Notes: generated by a model not told the origin, from the sequence alone. 64,000 nucleotides of DNA from Alphaproteobacteria bacterium (GCA_965601735.1 OZ271840.1:1348473-1412472); one strand, 5' to 3'. Shown: positions 9,596 to 20,378, numbered from the stretch's first letter. Made by a program: numbers and translations.

Positions 9596-10962
9596 AGGAA
9601 GCGCTCCCGCGCATCCGCGATGGCCGCGCGGACCCGCTCCGGCGCCGTACCGCCAAAGCTGGTGCGGCTTTGCACCGAGGCCTGCACCGAGAGGACCTCC
9701 AGCGCCGCATCGGTGATGCGCGGCTCCACCGCCTGCATGTCCGCCAGCGTCAGGCCGTCCAGGGGGACGCTCTTGGCCTCGGCGGCCGCGACCACCTGCC
9801 CGGTGACGTGGTGGGCCTGGCGGAACGGCATATCCAGCGTCCGCACCAGCCAGTCCGCGAGGTCGGTAGCGGTGGCGTAGCCGTCGCCGGCCGCTGCCGC
9901 CATGGCGTCGGGGTTGGGCTTGAGGTCGGCAACCATGCCGGCCGCCGCCGCCAGGCACAGGTCCAGGGCGTCGGCGGCGTCGAACACCGGCTCCTTGTCC
10001 TCCTGCATGTCCTTGCTGTAGGCGAGCGGCAGTCCCTTCAGCACCGTGAGCAGCCCGAAAAACGCACCGCCGATGCGGCCGGTCTTGGCGCGCATCAGTT
10101 CGGCTGCGTCCGGGTTGCGCTTCTGCGGCATGATCGACGAGCCGGTCGTGAAGGCGTCAGACAGGGTGACGAAGCGGAACGGCGCGCTGCACCAGACGAC
10201 GATCTCCTCGGCGAGGCGCGACAGATGCACCGCGCAGATCGACGCTGCCGCCAGATACTCCAGCGCAAAGTCCCGGTCCGATACCGCGTCCAGCGAGTTC
10301 GCCGCCGGCCGGTCGAAGCCGAGCGCCGCCGCCGTCGCATCCCGGTCGATGGGAAAGGACGTGCCCGCCAGCGCCGCCGCGCCGAGCGGCGATTCATTCA
10401 GCCGCGCCCGGGCGTCGGCAAAGCGGCCCCGGTCGCGCCCGGTCATCTCGACATAGGCCATCATGTGGTGGCCGAAGGTGACCGGCTGGGCGGTTTGCAA
10501 ATGGGTAAAGCCGGGCATGACAGTCCCCGCGTGGGCTTCCGCCTGGTCCAGCAGGGCCGCCTGTACCGCGCGCAGCCCCGCATCAGCCCGGTCGATGGCG
10601 TCTCGGACCCAAAGCCGGAAGTCGGTCGCCACCTGATCGTTGCGCGAGCGCGCCGTATGCAGCCGCCCGGCGGCGTCCGCGCCGGCGATCTCGGCCAGGC
10701 GGGCCTCCACATTCATATGGATATCTTCCAGCGCGGCCTTGAACTCGAAGCGGCCCTCCGCAATTTCCTTTGCAATAGCGGCCAGTCCGTCGAGGACCGC
10801 CGCGCCATCGGCGTCCGACAGGATGCCCTGGGCCACCAGCATGCGGCAGTGCGCTTCGGACCCTGCGATGTCCTGGGCGTAGAGCCGCTGATCAAACGCG
10901 ATGGAGGCGTTGATGCGTTCCATGATTTCCGCAGGCCCGGCCGCGAATCGGCCGCCCCACAT
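9592..10962 (-). CDS. argH: argininosuccinate lyase
   Basis: Full-length homology to ArgH (MWGGRF..., [19 protein letters not shown]). ATG at 10962 chosen by homology to the E. coli MALWGGRF start. An in-frame upstream ATG at 11037 would add 25 unconserved residues. Confidence 0.9.
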   Translation of the reverse strand: MWGGRFAAGPAEIMERINASIAFDQRLYAQDIAGSEAHCRMLVAQGILSDADGAAVLDGLAAIAKEIAEGRFEFKAALEDIHMNVEARLAEIAGADAAGRLHTARSRNDQVATDFRLWVRDAIDRADAGLRAVQAALLDQAEAHAGTVMPGFTHLQTAQPVTFGHHMMAYVEMTGRDRGRFADARARLNESPLGAAALAGTSFPIDRDATAAALGFDRPAANSLDAVSDRDFALEYLAAASICAVHLSRLAEEIVVWCSAPFRFVTLSDAFTTGSSIMPQKRNPDAAELMRAKTGRIGGAFFGLLTVLKGLPLAYSKDMQEDKEPVFDAADALDLCLAAAAGMVADLKPNPDAMAAAAGDGYATATDLADWLVRTLDMPFRQAHHVTGQVVAAAEAKSVPLDGLTLADMQAVEPRITDAALEVLSVQASVQSRTSFGGTAPERVRAAIADARERFL

Positions 10963-11068
10963 CGGGTTGCCCGCTCCGGGGCTGCCCGGGGTCGGCTGGT
11001 CGCTGGCGGAATCGGTACTCTTGCGGGCGCGGGTCATGGCGGCGCGTCTGTCCGTTTTGGCCGGCGCG

Positions 11069-11632
11069 ATGCGCCGGCAGGCTGCGGTGTCCGGGATTTT
11101 GACCATATTGTTGCTGACTGCAAGCGCCGCCGCGGCCGACGGCCCGCCGCGCGATGGCGGCATGGCGATCTTCGAGCCGTCATCGGCCGCCACCGACGCG
11201 CCGCTGACCGGTTTCACGGACGCCGGCGGGGCCCCGCTCAGCATGGCCGATTTCCGCGGCAAGCTGGTGCTGGTGAACTTCTGGGCCACCTGGTGCGGCC
11301 CGTGCGTCCGCGAGATGCCGTCGCTGGACGGCTTGCAGGCCCACTACGCCGACCAGCCGGTTCTGGTGCTGCCGCTGTCCCAGGACCGGGGCGGGGCGAA
11401 GCCGGTGGCGCGGTTCTACGAGGCCCGGGGCCTCAAGGACCTTGGCGTCTATCTCGATCCCAAGGGTGCGGTGTTTCGCGCGTTCGGTGGGCGCGGCCTG
11501 CCGACCAGCGTCCTGCTCGACGGCCAGGGCCAGGTGCTCGGTGTGCTCGAAGGCCATGCCGATTGGACCGCGCCTGAGGCGCTGGCCCTGATGGATTACT
11601 ATCTGGAAAAAGGCGCCGCAGCCGGCAGCTGA
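11069..11632 (+). CDS. tlpA: TlpA-like periplasmic thiol:disulfide oxidoreductase (thioredoxin fold)
   Basis: Signal peptide [28 protein letters not shown] active site. ATG at 11069; the alternative start at 11036 is less likely. Confidence 0.75.
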   Translation: MRRQAAVSGILTILLLTASAAAADGPPRDGGMAIFEPSSAATDAPLTGFTDAGGAPLSMADFRGKLVLVNFWATWCGPCVREMPSLDGLQAHYADQPVLVLPLSQDRGGAKPVARFYEARGLKDLGVYLDPKGAVFRAFGGRGLPTSVLLDGQGQVLGVLEGHADWTAPEALALMDYYLEKGAAAGS

Positions 11633-11639
11633 GCGCGCG

Positions 11640-12158
11640 TCAGGACCGGTCCGGGTCCTTCTGGCGCCGGTCCTCGCCCTCGAAGGGGATGTTGCGCCGC
11701 CGCCGGTCGGGGCCGAAATACTCGTCGGTCTTAACGAAGGAGCGCGGCCGGCGAATCACCTCATGCAGGCGCAGATACAGGCCCTTCACGGTGAAGGGCT
11801 TGGCAAGGAACTCATTCACCCCGGCGTCGCGGGCCTGCAGCACCCGCTCCAGCTCCGAATGGGCGGAGACCATGATCACCGGCAGGAAGTGGTTGGGGCT
11901 GTCCTTGGCGGTGCGAATCTTGGCGACGAGGTCGATCCCGTTGGGATCCATCTCCCAGTTGGTGATCAGCACGTCCGGGCGCTTCTGCAAGACCTTGAGG
12001 TAACCGTCGGCGCCTTCCTTGGATTCCTCGATATCGCGGATGCCGAGTTCAAGCAGCACCGAGCGCAACAGCCAACGGATGTTGTCGTCATCGTCGACCA
12101 GAACGATGCTGAGCTCCGTCAGGTCGAGCTGATCGATTTGTCGGCCGCCGGCCTTCAT
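11640..12158 (-). CDS. single-domain response regulator (REC) with basic C-terminal tail
   Basis: REC domain: DDDD acidic pocket, phospho-acceptor D (LITNWEMD), and T/S plus K (AKPF). ATG at 12158 verified. Confidence 0.75.
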   Translation of the reverse strand: MKAGGRQIDQLDLTELSIVLVDDDDNIRWLLRSVLLELGIRDIEESKEGADGYLKVLQKRPDVLITNWEMDPNGIDLVAKIRTAKDSPNHFLPVIMVSAHSELERVLQARDAGVNEFLAKPFTVKGLYLRLHEVIRRPRSFVKTDEYFGPDRRRRNIPFEGEDRRQKDPDRS

Positions 12159-12374
12159 CGCATCCCCAGTCCGGTGCGGCTTAAGGCTGTATGCGGCGCC
12201 CGCCCGCCCCTGAGCGAGCCCGACTGAACGTTCGCCATCCCCATCCGCTTTTCTGCTCGACCGTTCGGCGAACAGGGAGTCCGCCGTCAATCCATCTCAA
12301 CACTATGGACTGTAAGGCAATTTACAGGATTTCACGACCCCCTGCGACTCCAAGGGGCAATTTTCTCAGCGGAT

Positions 12375-13250
12375 CTAGACCGCCGGGACCGGCTTCTCGC
12401 CGCTGTAGTCGTAAAAGCCGCGCCCCGTCTTGCGGCCGAGCCAGCCGGCATCGACGTAGCGCACCAGCAGCGGACAAGGCCGGTACTTCGGATCGCCGAG
12501 GTCGTCCACCAGGACCCGCATGATCGACAGGCAGGTGTCCAGCCCGATGAAATCGGCCAGCTGCAACGGGCCCATCGGGTGGTTTGCGCCCAGCTTCATT
12601 GCCGCGTCGATGTCTTCGACCCCGGCGACGCCCTCGAACAGGGCGAACACCGCCTCGTTGATCATTGGCAGCAGGATGCGGTTGACGATGAAGCCCGAGG
12701 CATCGACCGCCGCGGCAGGCGTCTTGCCCAGCTTGCGGGCCACCGCGTCGACCTCCCGGTAGGTTTCATCGGCAGTCGCCATCGAGCGGATCAGCTCGAC
12801 CAGCTTCATCACCGGCACCGGGTTGAAGAAGTGCATGCCCATGAAGCGTTCGGGCCGATCGGTCATGGCGCCGAGCCGGGTGATCGAGATCGACGAGGTG
12901 TTGGATACAATCAGCGCCTCGTCGGGCAGCGCCTTGCACAGGCCGTCATAGACGGTGCGCTTGAGGTCCTCGATCTCCGGTACCGCCTCGATCACCAGTC
13001 CGGCCCCGGCCAGTCCGTCGAAGCCGGTCGCGGTGCTGATGCGGGCGAGCGCCGCGTCCTTGTCCGCCGCCGCGATCTGCTCGCGCGCGGCCTGCCGGTC
13101 GAGGTTTTTGGCGATGGTCGCCAATGCCTTGTCGAGCTGGTCCTGACTGACGTCGCACAGCACGACGGAATAGCCGCCCAGCGCGGCCACGTGGGCGATC
13201 CCGTTGCCCATCTGACCGGCGCCGACGACACCGATGGTTTCAACCGCCAC
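12375..13250 (-). CDS. hbd: 3-hydroxybutyryl-CoA dehydrogenase
   Basis: Rossmann GVVGAGQMG. 3HCDH N- and C-terminal domains (NTSS, HFFNP). GTG start at 13250. Confidence 0.85.
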   Translation of the reverse strand: MAVETIGVVGAGQMGNGIAHVAALGGYSVVLCDVSQDQLDKALATIAKNLDRQAAREQIAAADKDAALARISTATGFDGLAGAGLVIEAVPEIEDLKRTVYDGLCKALPDEALIVSNTSSISITRLGAMTDRPERFMGMHFFNPVPVMKLVELIRSMATADETYREVDAVARKLGKTPAAAVDASGFIVNRILLPMINEAVFALFEGVAGVEDIDAAMKLGANHPMGPLQLADFIGLDTCLSIMRVLVDDLGDPKYRPCPLLVRYVDAGWLGRKTGRGFYDYSGEKPVPAV

Positions 13251-13296
13251 GGGTCACCTCAAACTGTATGGAATTGTCGCCGGCCGCAGCTGCGGA

Positions 13297-14241
13297 TCAG
13301 GCCTTGATCTTGTCCAGCTCTGCGGCCAGTTCGGGCACGGCTTCGAACAAGTCTGCCACCAGGCCGTAATCAGCGACCTGGAAGATCGGCGCCTCTTCGT
13401 CCTTGTTGATGGCGACGATGACCTTGCTGTCCTTCATGCCTGCCAGATGCTGAATCGCGCCGGAAATGCCGACCGCGATGTACAGCTCCGGTGCGACGAT
13501 CTTGCCGGTCTGGCCAACCTGGTAATCGTTCGGCACGTAGCCGGCGTCGACCGCGGCGCGGGACGCGCCCACGGCAGCGCCCAGCTTGTCGGCGACCTGC
13601 TCGAGCATGGTGAAGTTGTCGCCCTTCTGCATGCCGCGGCCGCCGGAGATGATGACCCGCGCGCTGGTCAATTCAGGGCGGTCGCCGCCGCTGACTTCCT
13701 CACCGATGAACTCGCTGATGCCCGGGTCGTCCGTGGCAGCGATCTCCTCGATGGCGGCGCTGCCGCCTTCCGCCGGCACGGCGTCGAAGGTTGAAGACCG
13801 CACGGTGATGACCTTGATCGCATCGCCCGACTGCACGGTCGCCATTGCGTTGCCGGCATAGATCGGCCGCACGAAGGTATCCGCCGAGACCACCGCAGCG
13901 ATGTCGGACACCTGCGCGACGTCCAGCAGGGCTGCGACCCGCGGCATCACGTTCTTGCCTGTGGTGGTCGCCGGCGCCAGCACATGGCTGTAGTCCTTCG
14001 CCAGGGCGGCGACGAGCGCGCCGACCGGCTCGGCCAGGCCATTGGCATAGGACGGCGATTCAGCCAGCAGCACCTTGGAGACACCCTCGACCTTGGCTGC
14101 CGCCTCCGCCGCGGGCCGGGCCTCATGGCCGGCGATCAGCACGGTGACGTCGCCGCCGATTTCCTTGGCGGCGGTCATGGTGTTGAGGGTGGCTGGGCGC
14201 AGGTCGGCGTTGTTGTGTTCGGCTACGACAAGGATCGACAT
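13297..14241 (-). CDS. etfA: electron transfer flavoprotein subunit alpha
   Basis: EtfA FAD-binding C-terminal domain (PELYIAVGISGAIQHLAG). The start overlaps the etfB stop (TGATG). Confidence 0.9.
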   Translation of the reverse strand: MSILVVAEHNNADLRPATLNTMTAAKEIGGDVTVLIAGHEARPAAEAAAKVEGVSKVLLAESPSYANGLAEPVGALVAALAKDYSHVLAPATTTGKNVMPRVAALLDVAQVSDIAAVVSADTFVRPIYAGNAMATVQSGDAIKVITVRSSTFDAVPAEGGSAAIEEIAATDDPGISEFIGEEVSGGDRPELTSARVIISGGRGMQKGDNFTMLEQVADKLGAAVGASRAAVDAGYVPNDYQVGQTGKIVAPELYIAVGISGAIQHLAGMKDSKVIVAINKDEEAPIFQVADYGLVADLFEAVPELAAELDKIKA

Positions 14242-14990
14242 CAGATTACCTTCGCCTCGTTGTGCAGCTTGTCGACCAGCTCGGACACCGTCTCGACCTG
14301 AACGCCGGCGCTGCGCTGTGGCGGATCTTCAACCTTGAGGGTCTTGATCCGCGGGGTCACGTCGACGCCGAGCTCCTCCGGCGTGGTCGTGTCCAGCGGC
14401 TTCTTCTTCGCCTTCATGATGTTCGGCAGGGAGGCGTAGCGCGGCTCGTTGAGGCGCAGGTCGGTGGTGACGATGGCGGGCATCGCGAGCTTCACCGTCT
14501 CCAGACCGCCATCGACCTCGCGGGTCACCGTGGCGGCGCCATCGGCGATCTCCAGCTTCGAGGCGAAGGTGCCCTGGGGCCAGCCGAGCAGGGCGGCCAG
14601 CATCTGGCCGGTCTGGTTGCAGTCGTCATCGATCGCCTGCTTGCCGAGGATCAGCAGACCCGGCTGCTCCTTCTCGACCAGCGCCTTGAGCAGCTTGGCC
14701 ACCGCCAGCGGCTCCACCTCGGCATCGGTCTGCACCAGGATGCCCCGGTCCACGCCCATCGCCATCGCGGTACGGATGGTTTCCTGGGCCTTCGCAGGGC
14801 CGATGGAGACGGCGACCAGCTCGTCGGCCTGGCCGGCTTCCTTCAGGCGGATCGCCTCTTCGACGGAGATTTCGTCGAAGGGGTTCATGGACATCTTGAC
14901 GTTATCGAGTTCGACGCCGGTGTTGTCGGACTTCACACGTACCTTGACGTTGTAGTCGACAACCCGTTTGACCGGGATGAGGATTTTCAT
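14241..14990 (-). CDS. etfB: electron transfer flavoprotein subunit beta
   Basis: [19 protein letters not shown]... EtfB signature. ATG at 14990 verified. The track ORF is over-extended to 15041. Confidence 0.9.
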   Translation of the reverse strand: MKILIPVKRVVDYNVKVRVKSDNTGVELDNVKMSMNPFDEISVEEAIRLKEAGQADELVAVSIGPAKAQETIRTAMAMGVDRGILVQTDAEVEPLAVAKLLKALVEKEQPGLLILGKQAIDDDCNQTGQMLAALLGWPQGTFASKLEIADGAATVTREVDGGLETVKLAMPAIVTTDLRLNEPRYASLPNIMKAKKKPLDTTTPEELGVDVTPRIKTLKVEDPPQRSAGVQVETVSELVDKLHNEAKVI

Positions 14991-15132
14991 GTCGCTCGCG
15001 GGGCTGCGATTGCGGGAAATGGAGGACGGCGCCCGGCCCATCGGGCCCGGCGGCGTGAATGCGCTCGGACCATAAGAGCGAGGCTCCGGGGAGTCAATTC
15101 GATCCGGTCGGTCCGCCGCACGATGGCGCGGG

Positions 15133-15327
15133 TTAGCGGGCCATCAGCCACAGCGCGAACAGGCCGATGGAGACTGCCTGCATGATCACGCGCCATCGCA
15201 TCAGCCGGTTCGAGCGCTCGGGATCGGCGCTGCCGTGGCGTACGAAGCTCACGAGCCCGGCAAACAAAGTGCCCAAGGTGCCAAGGATGGCGCCCACCAG
15301 CAGCAGCGAAATCAGGAAACTGGCCAT
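15133..15327 (-). CDS. twin-transmembrane-helix small protein (DUF2909-like)
   Basis: 64 aa: two hydrophobic helices separated by a basic loop ([18 protein letters not shown]). High GC3. ATG verified. Confidence 0.5.
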   Translation of the reverse strand: MASFLISLLLVGAILGTLGTLFAGLVSFVRHGSADPERSNRLMRWRVIMQAVSIGLFALWLMAR

Positions 15328-15441
15328 GATGACCCCACTATACGCGTGCCTGGCGCGCCCGGTTCAACCGCCGACGCAACGCATGACAGGATGATGATAC
15401 GCGGCTATCCTCGGCCCAACGGTATCGAGGGGAGTATCGGC

Positions 15442-15744
15442 ATGAGTGACGAGACGCTGCAAACCGTCCAGGACCTGCTGTCCGGCCTGTCCCAGGACAT
15501 CCGCAAGCTGGCGGAGTCCATCGAGGAAGAAAAGCTGGAGGTGCGTCGGCATCTGGACGAACTCGCGGCGCATATCCTGGCCATCGAGGGGGTCCTGATC
15601 GCCCTGCTGCGCGATAATCCGGCTGCCGCCGAGAAGGCCAAGGACTGGATCGACGGCCAGATCACCGAACATGCCGGCAGCGAGGCCGATGCGGAACTCG
15701 CCACCGGCATCGCCGAGAACCTCATCAAGCAATCCTTCCAGTAG
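15442..15744 (+). CDS. hypothetical acidic alpha-helical protein (100 aa)
   Basis: ATG at 15442 preceded by GAGGGGAG. Strongly G/C-biased third codon positions. No recognisable domain. The track ORF 15235..15744 is a 5' over-extension that runs antisense into the neighbouring gene. Confidence 0.5.
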   Translation: MSDETLQTVQDLLSGLSQDIRKLAESIEEEKLEVRRHLDELAAHILAIEGVLIALLRDNPAAAEKAKDWIDGQITEHAGSEADAELATGIAENLIKQSFQ

Positions 15745-15757
15745 ACGCGCGGCGGCG

Positions 15758-16939
15758 TCACGCCGCCGGCGGCTTGCGCATCAACTGAATGGCGCACAGC
15801 GCGGTCACTGCCGCCACCAGGCCAAAGCCCGGGGCGTAGCTGCCGGTCGTCGCCACCACCACCGAGATGCCTGAAGGGATGAACACCATCGCCAGGCCGA
15901 ACAGGGTGGTGAGCCCGGCGGTGGCCGAGCCGGCAAGCTGCGCCGGCGCGAGGCGCGCCACCTGCGCCAGCAACACGCCGGGCCAGCCGACCGCCGCGCC
16001 GCCGATGGCGACGCTCAGCGCCAGCAGCGCCCAGTGCGGCCAGTCGCCCGAGACCTGGATTAGCAGCACGTAGCCCAGCGCGGTAACCCAGGCCAGGCAG
16101 GTCAGCACCACCCGGGGACGGCCGGTGACATCAGCAAGCGCGCCCCATGCCACGCGTCCAACCATTCCGGCAATCTGCGAGGCGGCAAGGTAGAGGCCCG
16201 CGCCAACCAGGCCGATGCCCACCGATTCGGTGAGATAGACCACCAGGAAGGTGGTGAAGCAGAACATGCCGGTACCCAGGCCGATGGCCACCAGGGTCAG
16301 TTCACGTACCGGCGCCACCCGCCAGACGAGGCGCAGCGGCTCCAGCACGCCACCCACTGTCACCGGAGAGCGCGGGTCCGCATCCGCGTCGTAGCGGCCA
16401 CGGATCGGCTGCAACAGAATCGCGCCGGCGAAGCACATCGCGCCGACCACCAGCAGGGCCGCCTGCCAGCCCGCCAGCAGGACGATCGGCGGCAGCATCG
16501 CGCCGGCAATGGTCAGGCCGAGCGGCACTGCCGCCTGCTTGATTGAAAATACCAGGCTGATGTTCTTCGGCGGCGAGGTCGCCTGAAGCAGCTGCGATGC
16601 TGCCGGTGTGATGGGTCCGTGGCCAAGCCCGACCACCAGGGCAGCCAACAGGGCCACCAGCAGCGAGCCGCTGGCGGTCAGCACCATGCCGGCCGCGGCG
16701 ATCAGCAGGGTGATCTGGCAAAGCCTGATCGGCCCCCAGCGTGGGATCAGCGCGCCGGACGCCAGCGCCGAGAACATGCCGCCGGCATAGGCCAGCGAGG
16801 TATAGAAGCCGACCAGCGCGGGATCGACGCCCAGCGCCCGGGCCGCATCCGGCGCCACCACCGGGACCGCCTGGAATGCCATGAACGCGACCAGATGCGT
16901 CAGCGTCATCGCGGTCAGCGGCACGATCACGGGGTTCAT
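15758..16939 (-). CDS. MFS transporter
   Basis: 12 predicted TM helices with MFS loop motifs. ATG at 16939 verified (MNPVIVPL). Confidence 0.8.
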   Translation of the reverse strand: MNPVIVPLTAMTLTHLVAFMAFQAVPVVAPDAARALGVDPALVGFYTSLAYAGGMFSALASGALIPRWGPIRLCQITLLIAAAGMVLTASGSLLVALLAALVVGLGHGPITPAASQLLQATSPPKNISLVFSIKQAAVPLGLTIAGAMLPPIVLLAGWQAALLVVGAMCFAGAILLQPIRGRYDADADPRSPVTVGGVLEPLRLVWRVAPVRELTLVAIGLGTGMFCFTTFLVVYLTESVGIGLVGAGLYLAASQIAGMVGRVAWGALADVTGRPRVVLTCLAWVTALGYVLLIQVSGDWPHWALLALSVAIGGAAVGWPGVLLAQVARLAPAQLAGSATAGLTTLFGLAMVFIPSGISVVVATTGSYAPGFGLVAAVTALCAIQLMRKPPAA

Positions 16940-17106
16940 GGGGCGGGTCCGGCAGGAAGGGGTAAGGGCGGCCGGGGGCGCTGCCGGCTGAAAAAGCATG
17001 GGCGGGGGGCGCGGGCGCGTCAAGCAACGCCTGCCGCACCGCCGCCCGCCATGCTATGTCAGCGCTTCTGTCCCCGATGCGGCGCCCCTCCGGATCAACC
17101 GACCAT

Positions 17107-18447
17107 ATGACCCAGCCCCCCAGCGCGATGACCTGGCCTGAACGGGAATGGCACGGGCGCGTCTGGCGGCTTGCCGGGCCGCTGATCCTCAGCAACTTGT
17201 CGACGCCGCTGCTTGGCCTTGCGGACAGTGCCGTGGTCGGCCATCTGCCCGATCCGGTCTACCTGGCGGCGGTGGCGCTGGGCACCACCGTGTTCAACGT
17301 CACCTTCTGGCTGTTCGGTTTCCTGCGCATGGGAACCATCGGGCTGACCGCCCAGTCGTTGGGCGCGGCGGCGCCGGACGAGGTGCGCGCGGTGCTCGCC
17401 CGCGCCGCCATGGTCGCCTTCGGCATCGGCTGCCTGATCATCATGCTGCAGGGCCCGCTATTCGCGCTGGCGCTGTCAGCGATGGCGCCCAGCGACGAGG
17501 TCGCGGTGCACTTCGCCGCCTATTACGACATCCGTATCTGGGCCGCGCCGGCGATGCTGCTCGACTATGTCATCGTCGGCTGGCTGGTCGGCATGCAGAA
17601 CACCCGGGCCGCGCTGTACCTGTCGCTGTTCCTGAATATCACCAATATCGGCCTCGATATCCTGTTCGTGGTCGGCTTCGGCTGGGCGGCGGAAGGCGTC
17701 GCGGCGGCCACGGTAATCGCCCATTACCTCACCTTTGCGCTTGGCCTGTGGCTGCTGCGCGGCGAGCTGCGCCGGCTCGGCGGCGGCTGGATCAAGGCGC
17801 GCATCCTTGCGGGCGCGGAGCTGCGCCGCCTGTTTGCCATCAACCGCGACATCTTCCTGCGCACCCTGATGCTAACCCTCTCCCACGCCGCCATCGTGGC
17901 CATCGCGTCGCGGCTGGGCGACCTGGTGCTGGCGGCGAACGCGGTGCTGATGAATCTGCACAACCTGATGACCTTCGCGGTGGACGGCTTCTCCCACGCT
18001 GCCCAGGCGCTATGCGGCCGGTCTACCGGCGCGCGCGACCGCGGCGAGTTCCGCGCCGCGGTGGTCGCGTGCAGCGTCTGGGGTATCGCCTTCGCCACGG
18101 TGTTCAGCGCTGTCTACCTGTTCGCCGCGGGGCCGATGGTCGGGCTCATCACGACGATCCCTGAGGTCCGCGCCACCGCCGACGCCTATCTGCTATGGGT
18201 GGCGGTCATCCCGGTGGTGTCGATCTGGGCCTTCCTGCTCGACGGCATCTTCCTCGGCGCCACCCGGACCGCCGAGATGCGCAACGCCATGCTGGTCGCG
18301 GTGCTGATCTACGGCGCGGCGCTGGCGTTGCTGGTGCCCAGCTTCGGCAACCACGGCCTGTGGCTGTCGCTGACCATCTTCCTCGCCGCGCGGGGGGTCA
18401 CGCTGGCGGTGCGCTACCCGGCGCTGGAGCGCGCCATCGGCGACTGA
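17107..18447 (+). CDS. MATE family efflux transporter (DinF/NorM-like)
   Basis: 12 TM helices with a MATE duplicated 6-TM pattern. The start is ambiguous between 17056, 17107 and 17131. Confidence 0.8.
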   Translation: MTQPPSAMTWPEREWHGRVWRLAGPLILSNLSTPLLGLADSAVVGHLPDPVYLAAVALGTTVFNVTFWLFGFLRMGTIGLTAQSLGAAAPDEVRAVLARAAMVAFGIGCLIIMLQGPLFALALSAMAPSDEVAVHFAAYYDIRIWAAPAMLLDYVIVGWLVGMQNTRAALYLSLFLNITNIGLDILFVVGFGWAAEGVAAATVIAHYLTFALGLWLLRGELRRLGGGWIKARILAGAELRRLFAINRDIFLRTLMLTLSHAAIVAIASRLGDLVLAANAVLMNLHNLMTFAVDGFSHAAQALCGRSTGARDRGEFRAAVVACSVWGIAFATVFSAVYLFAAGPMVGLITTIPEVRATADAYLLWVAVIPVVSIWAFLLDGIFLGATRTAEMRNAMLVAVLIYGAALALLVPSFGNHGLWLSLTIFLAARGVTLAVRYPALERAIGD

Positions 18448-18527
18448 GCAGGCGGCGGCTGGACAGGCGCGGGGCCGGTTGGCACACTCCGCCGCCTGCC
18501 CACCGAGACCCGTTTCCGGAGACCGCC

Positions 18528-18968
18528 ATGCCCACCCTTGAGCCTGCCATCGATACCGGCCCAAGCCCGTTCCACGACCTGATCGGCTTTCGCCTCGTCG
18601 AATGGCGCGAAGACTTCGCGCGCGGCCAGCTCGAGGTGAAGGAAGAGCATCTCAACCGCTCGGGCGTGATCCACGGCGGGGTGGTGCTCAGCCTGCTCGA
18701 CCAGGCGTCGGGATTCTCCGGGCTCTACTGCACGGTGCCCGGCAACGCGCGCTACGCGGTGACCGTCTCGCTAACCACCAACTTCTCCGGTCAGTGCAGC
18801 GAGGGCGTGATCGAGGCGATTGGCGAGAAGGTCGGCGGCGGCCGGTCGATCTACTTCACCCGCGCCCGCCTGTTCGGCCCGGACGGCAGCGTTCTCGGTA
18901 TGAGCCAGGGGGTGCACCGCTACCGCAGTGGCAGCGGCGAGCCCGAGGGCGTGCCCGCCAAGGGCTGA
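18528..18968 (+). CDS. PaaI-family hotdog-fold thioesterase
   Basis: HGG motif (NRSGVIHGGVVLSLLDQASG), ~146 aa. GGAGA SD. Confidence 0.75.
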   Translation: MPTLEPAIDTGPSPFHDLIGFRLVEWREDFARGQLEVKEEHLNRSGVIHGGVVLSLLDQASGFSGLYCTVPGNARYAVTVSLTTNFSGQCSEGVIEAIGEKVGGGRSIYFTRARLFGPDGSVLGMSQGVHRYRSGSGEPEGVPAKG

Positions 18969-18971
18969 TCC

Positions 18972-20378
18972 CTAGCGCGCCAGCAGCGCCGTCAGTTCGC
19001 TGATCCGCGGCAGCGCCTCCAGCGCCGCCACCATCTCCACCACCGAGTCCGCGCGGCCCGCGTCCCAGCCGGCAAACGCCGCGCACTCGCGGAACTTGTC
19101 CGCCACCTCTTCGTAGGTCATCGGCAGGGCCGGGCTGCCGCGCCCAAAGTCGGCTTGGCCCGACAGGGTGCGCCCGTCGGTGGTCTCGATATCGATGATG
19201 GTGGTCATCTTGTGGTAGCCGGCGGCCTCCGCCTTGGGGTGCACGCCGAAATCGACCTTCTCCATCATCGCGCGCACGTCATCGCGCAGCACCGTCTCGT
19301 CGGTGAACTCCGCCAGCCCCGCGCGGCCTTCGAGCAGCAGGATCGCCATGCAGAACTCCATGGAGAACTTGGCCTGCAGCTCGTTCCTTGGGTCGCGATG
19401 GATCAGGGTGTTGGGCATATGGCTGTTGGTGCCGACCCGCACCCTTGCCACGTCCCCGGCCTTGATGCCGTGCTCGGCGATCAGCGACAGCATCAGGGTC
19501 ATGCCTGGATGGGTGAGCGAGCCCGACGGGTGCGGCTTGATGGAGATGCCGGGGTCCGCGAAGGTCCAGGGATTGCCTAGCTTGCCGCGGATCGCCGCGT
19601 CGTCCCAGCCGCCGCCCGCGGCGTTGTAGAAGCCGCGCCCGGCTTCCAGGATGTTGCCGGTGGCGGTCCAGCCGATGCCGGCCAGTTCGGCGGCCAGCAC
19701 GCCGCCCTCCGCAGCACGGCCGGCGTGGAACGGCTTCATCATCGAGCCGAAATTCTCCCGCAGGCCGGCGGCCTGGCTGCCGGCGATGCCGAGTACGGTG
19801 CGGATCAGGGCCGCATCGTCGCCGCGCTGGGCGGCAACCGCCGCCGCCGCGCCGAACACTCCGCAGGTCGCGGTGGTGTGGAAACCGTCGCTGTAATGGC
19901 GCGGGTCGATGGCCTCGGCGATCTTGCACGCGACCTCAACGCCGATGTGGTAGCCGCGCATCACCGATGCCCCGCTGCCGTCCTGCGCCTCCCCGGCAGC
20001 GAGCGCGGCGGGCAGCACCGGCGCGGTCGGGTGGGTCAGCAGGCCGTAGACCCGGTCCTCGGCGACCGCAAGCTGGGTGTCGTCGTAATCGTCGGCATGG
20101 ATGGCGACGCCGTTGATCAGGGCGGCGAAGCGCGCAGGCAGGCGGAGGCCGGTGCCAAGCGCCGTGCAGGGCTGCTGCGGCCCGGCATAGGGGGTAAGCC
20201 AGCCTTCCAGCAGCCGGCCGCTTTCTGCGACTGCACCAGACAGCGCGAGACCAAACCCGTCCAGGATGGATTTCTTGCCGAGCGCGACGACGTCGGCAGG
20301 CGGATCGCTCGCCTCGGCAATGAAGTCGGCCACATGGGCGGTCAGCGACGCGGCGGCGTCGGATTGCCGGTTGGTCAT
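18972..20378 (-). CDS. MmgE/PrpD family protein (2-methylcitrate dehydratase-like)
   Basis: 468 aa with PrpD N- and C-terminal domains. ATG at 20378 verified, with GAGAGGGAG SD. The track ORF to 21953 is a large antisense over-extension. Confidence 0.85.
   Translation of the reverse strand: MTNRQSDAAASLTAHVADFIAEASDPPADVVALGKKSILDGFGLALSGAVAESGRLLEGWLTPYAGPQQPCTALGTGLRLPARFAALINGVAIHADDYDDTQLAVAEDRVYGLLTHPTAPVLPAALAAGEAQDGSGASVMRGYHIGVEVACKIAEAIDPRHYSDGFHTTATCGVFGAAAAVAAQRGDDAALIRTVLGIAGSQAAGLRENFGSMMKPFHAGRAAEGGVLAAELAGIGWTATGNILEAGRGFYNAAGGGWDDAAIRGKLGNPWTFADPGISIKPHPSGSLTHPGMTLMLSLIAEHGIKAGDVARVRVGTNSHMPNTLIHRDPRNELQAKFSMEFCMAILLLEGRAGLAEFTDETVLRDDVRAMMEKVDFGVHPKAEAAGYHKMTTIIDIETTDGRTLSGQADFGRGSPALPMTYEEVADKFRECAAFAGWDAGRADSVVEMVAALEALPRISELTALLAR

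Noticed and set aside
11035-11038. Apparent palindromic CATG shared by divergent argH and tlpA start codons
   Set aside because: Homology places the argH start at the conserved MWGGRF methionine (10962). It places the tlpA start at the signal-peptide methionine (11069). The overlapping ATGs are in-frame upstream extensions without SD support.
9454-11577. 707-aa plus-strand ORF and many other long Arg-rich ORFs (e.g. 23528..25084, 25081..26511, 35134..37242, 46058..47806, 47899..49161, 57588..59141, 43075..44676)
   Set aside because: They run antisense to well-supported genes (argH, TRAP permease, TAXI receptor, thiolase/reductase, gloA/DUF1194, cinA/mutT, the secreted protein and coxL). Their composition is the typical GC-rich shadow type (R/G/A/P-rich, no motifs).
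15750-15768. GC hairpin GGCGGCG-TCA-CGCCGCC after the 100-aa gene as an intrinsic terminator
   Set aside because: There is no U-tract on either strand. It lies inside the MFS coding region, so it is more likely coincidental GC-rich self-complementarity. It was noted only within the convergent-junction finding.
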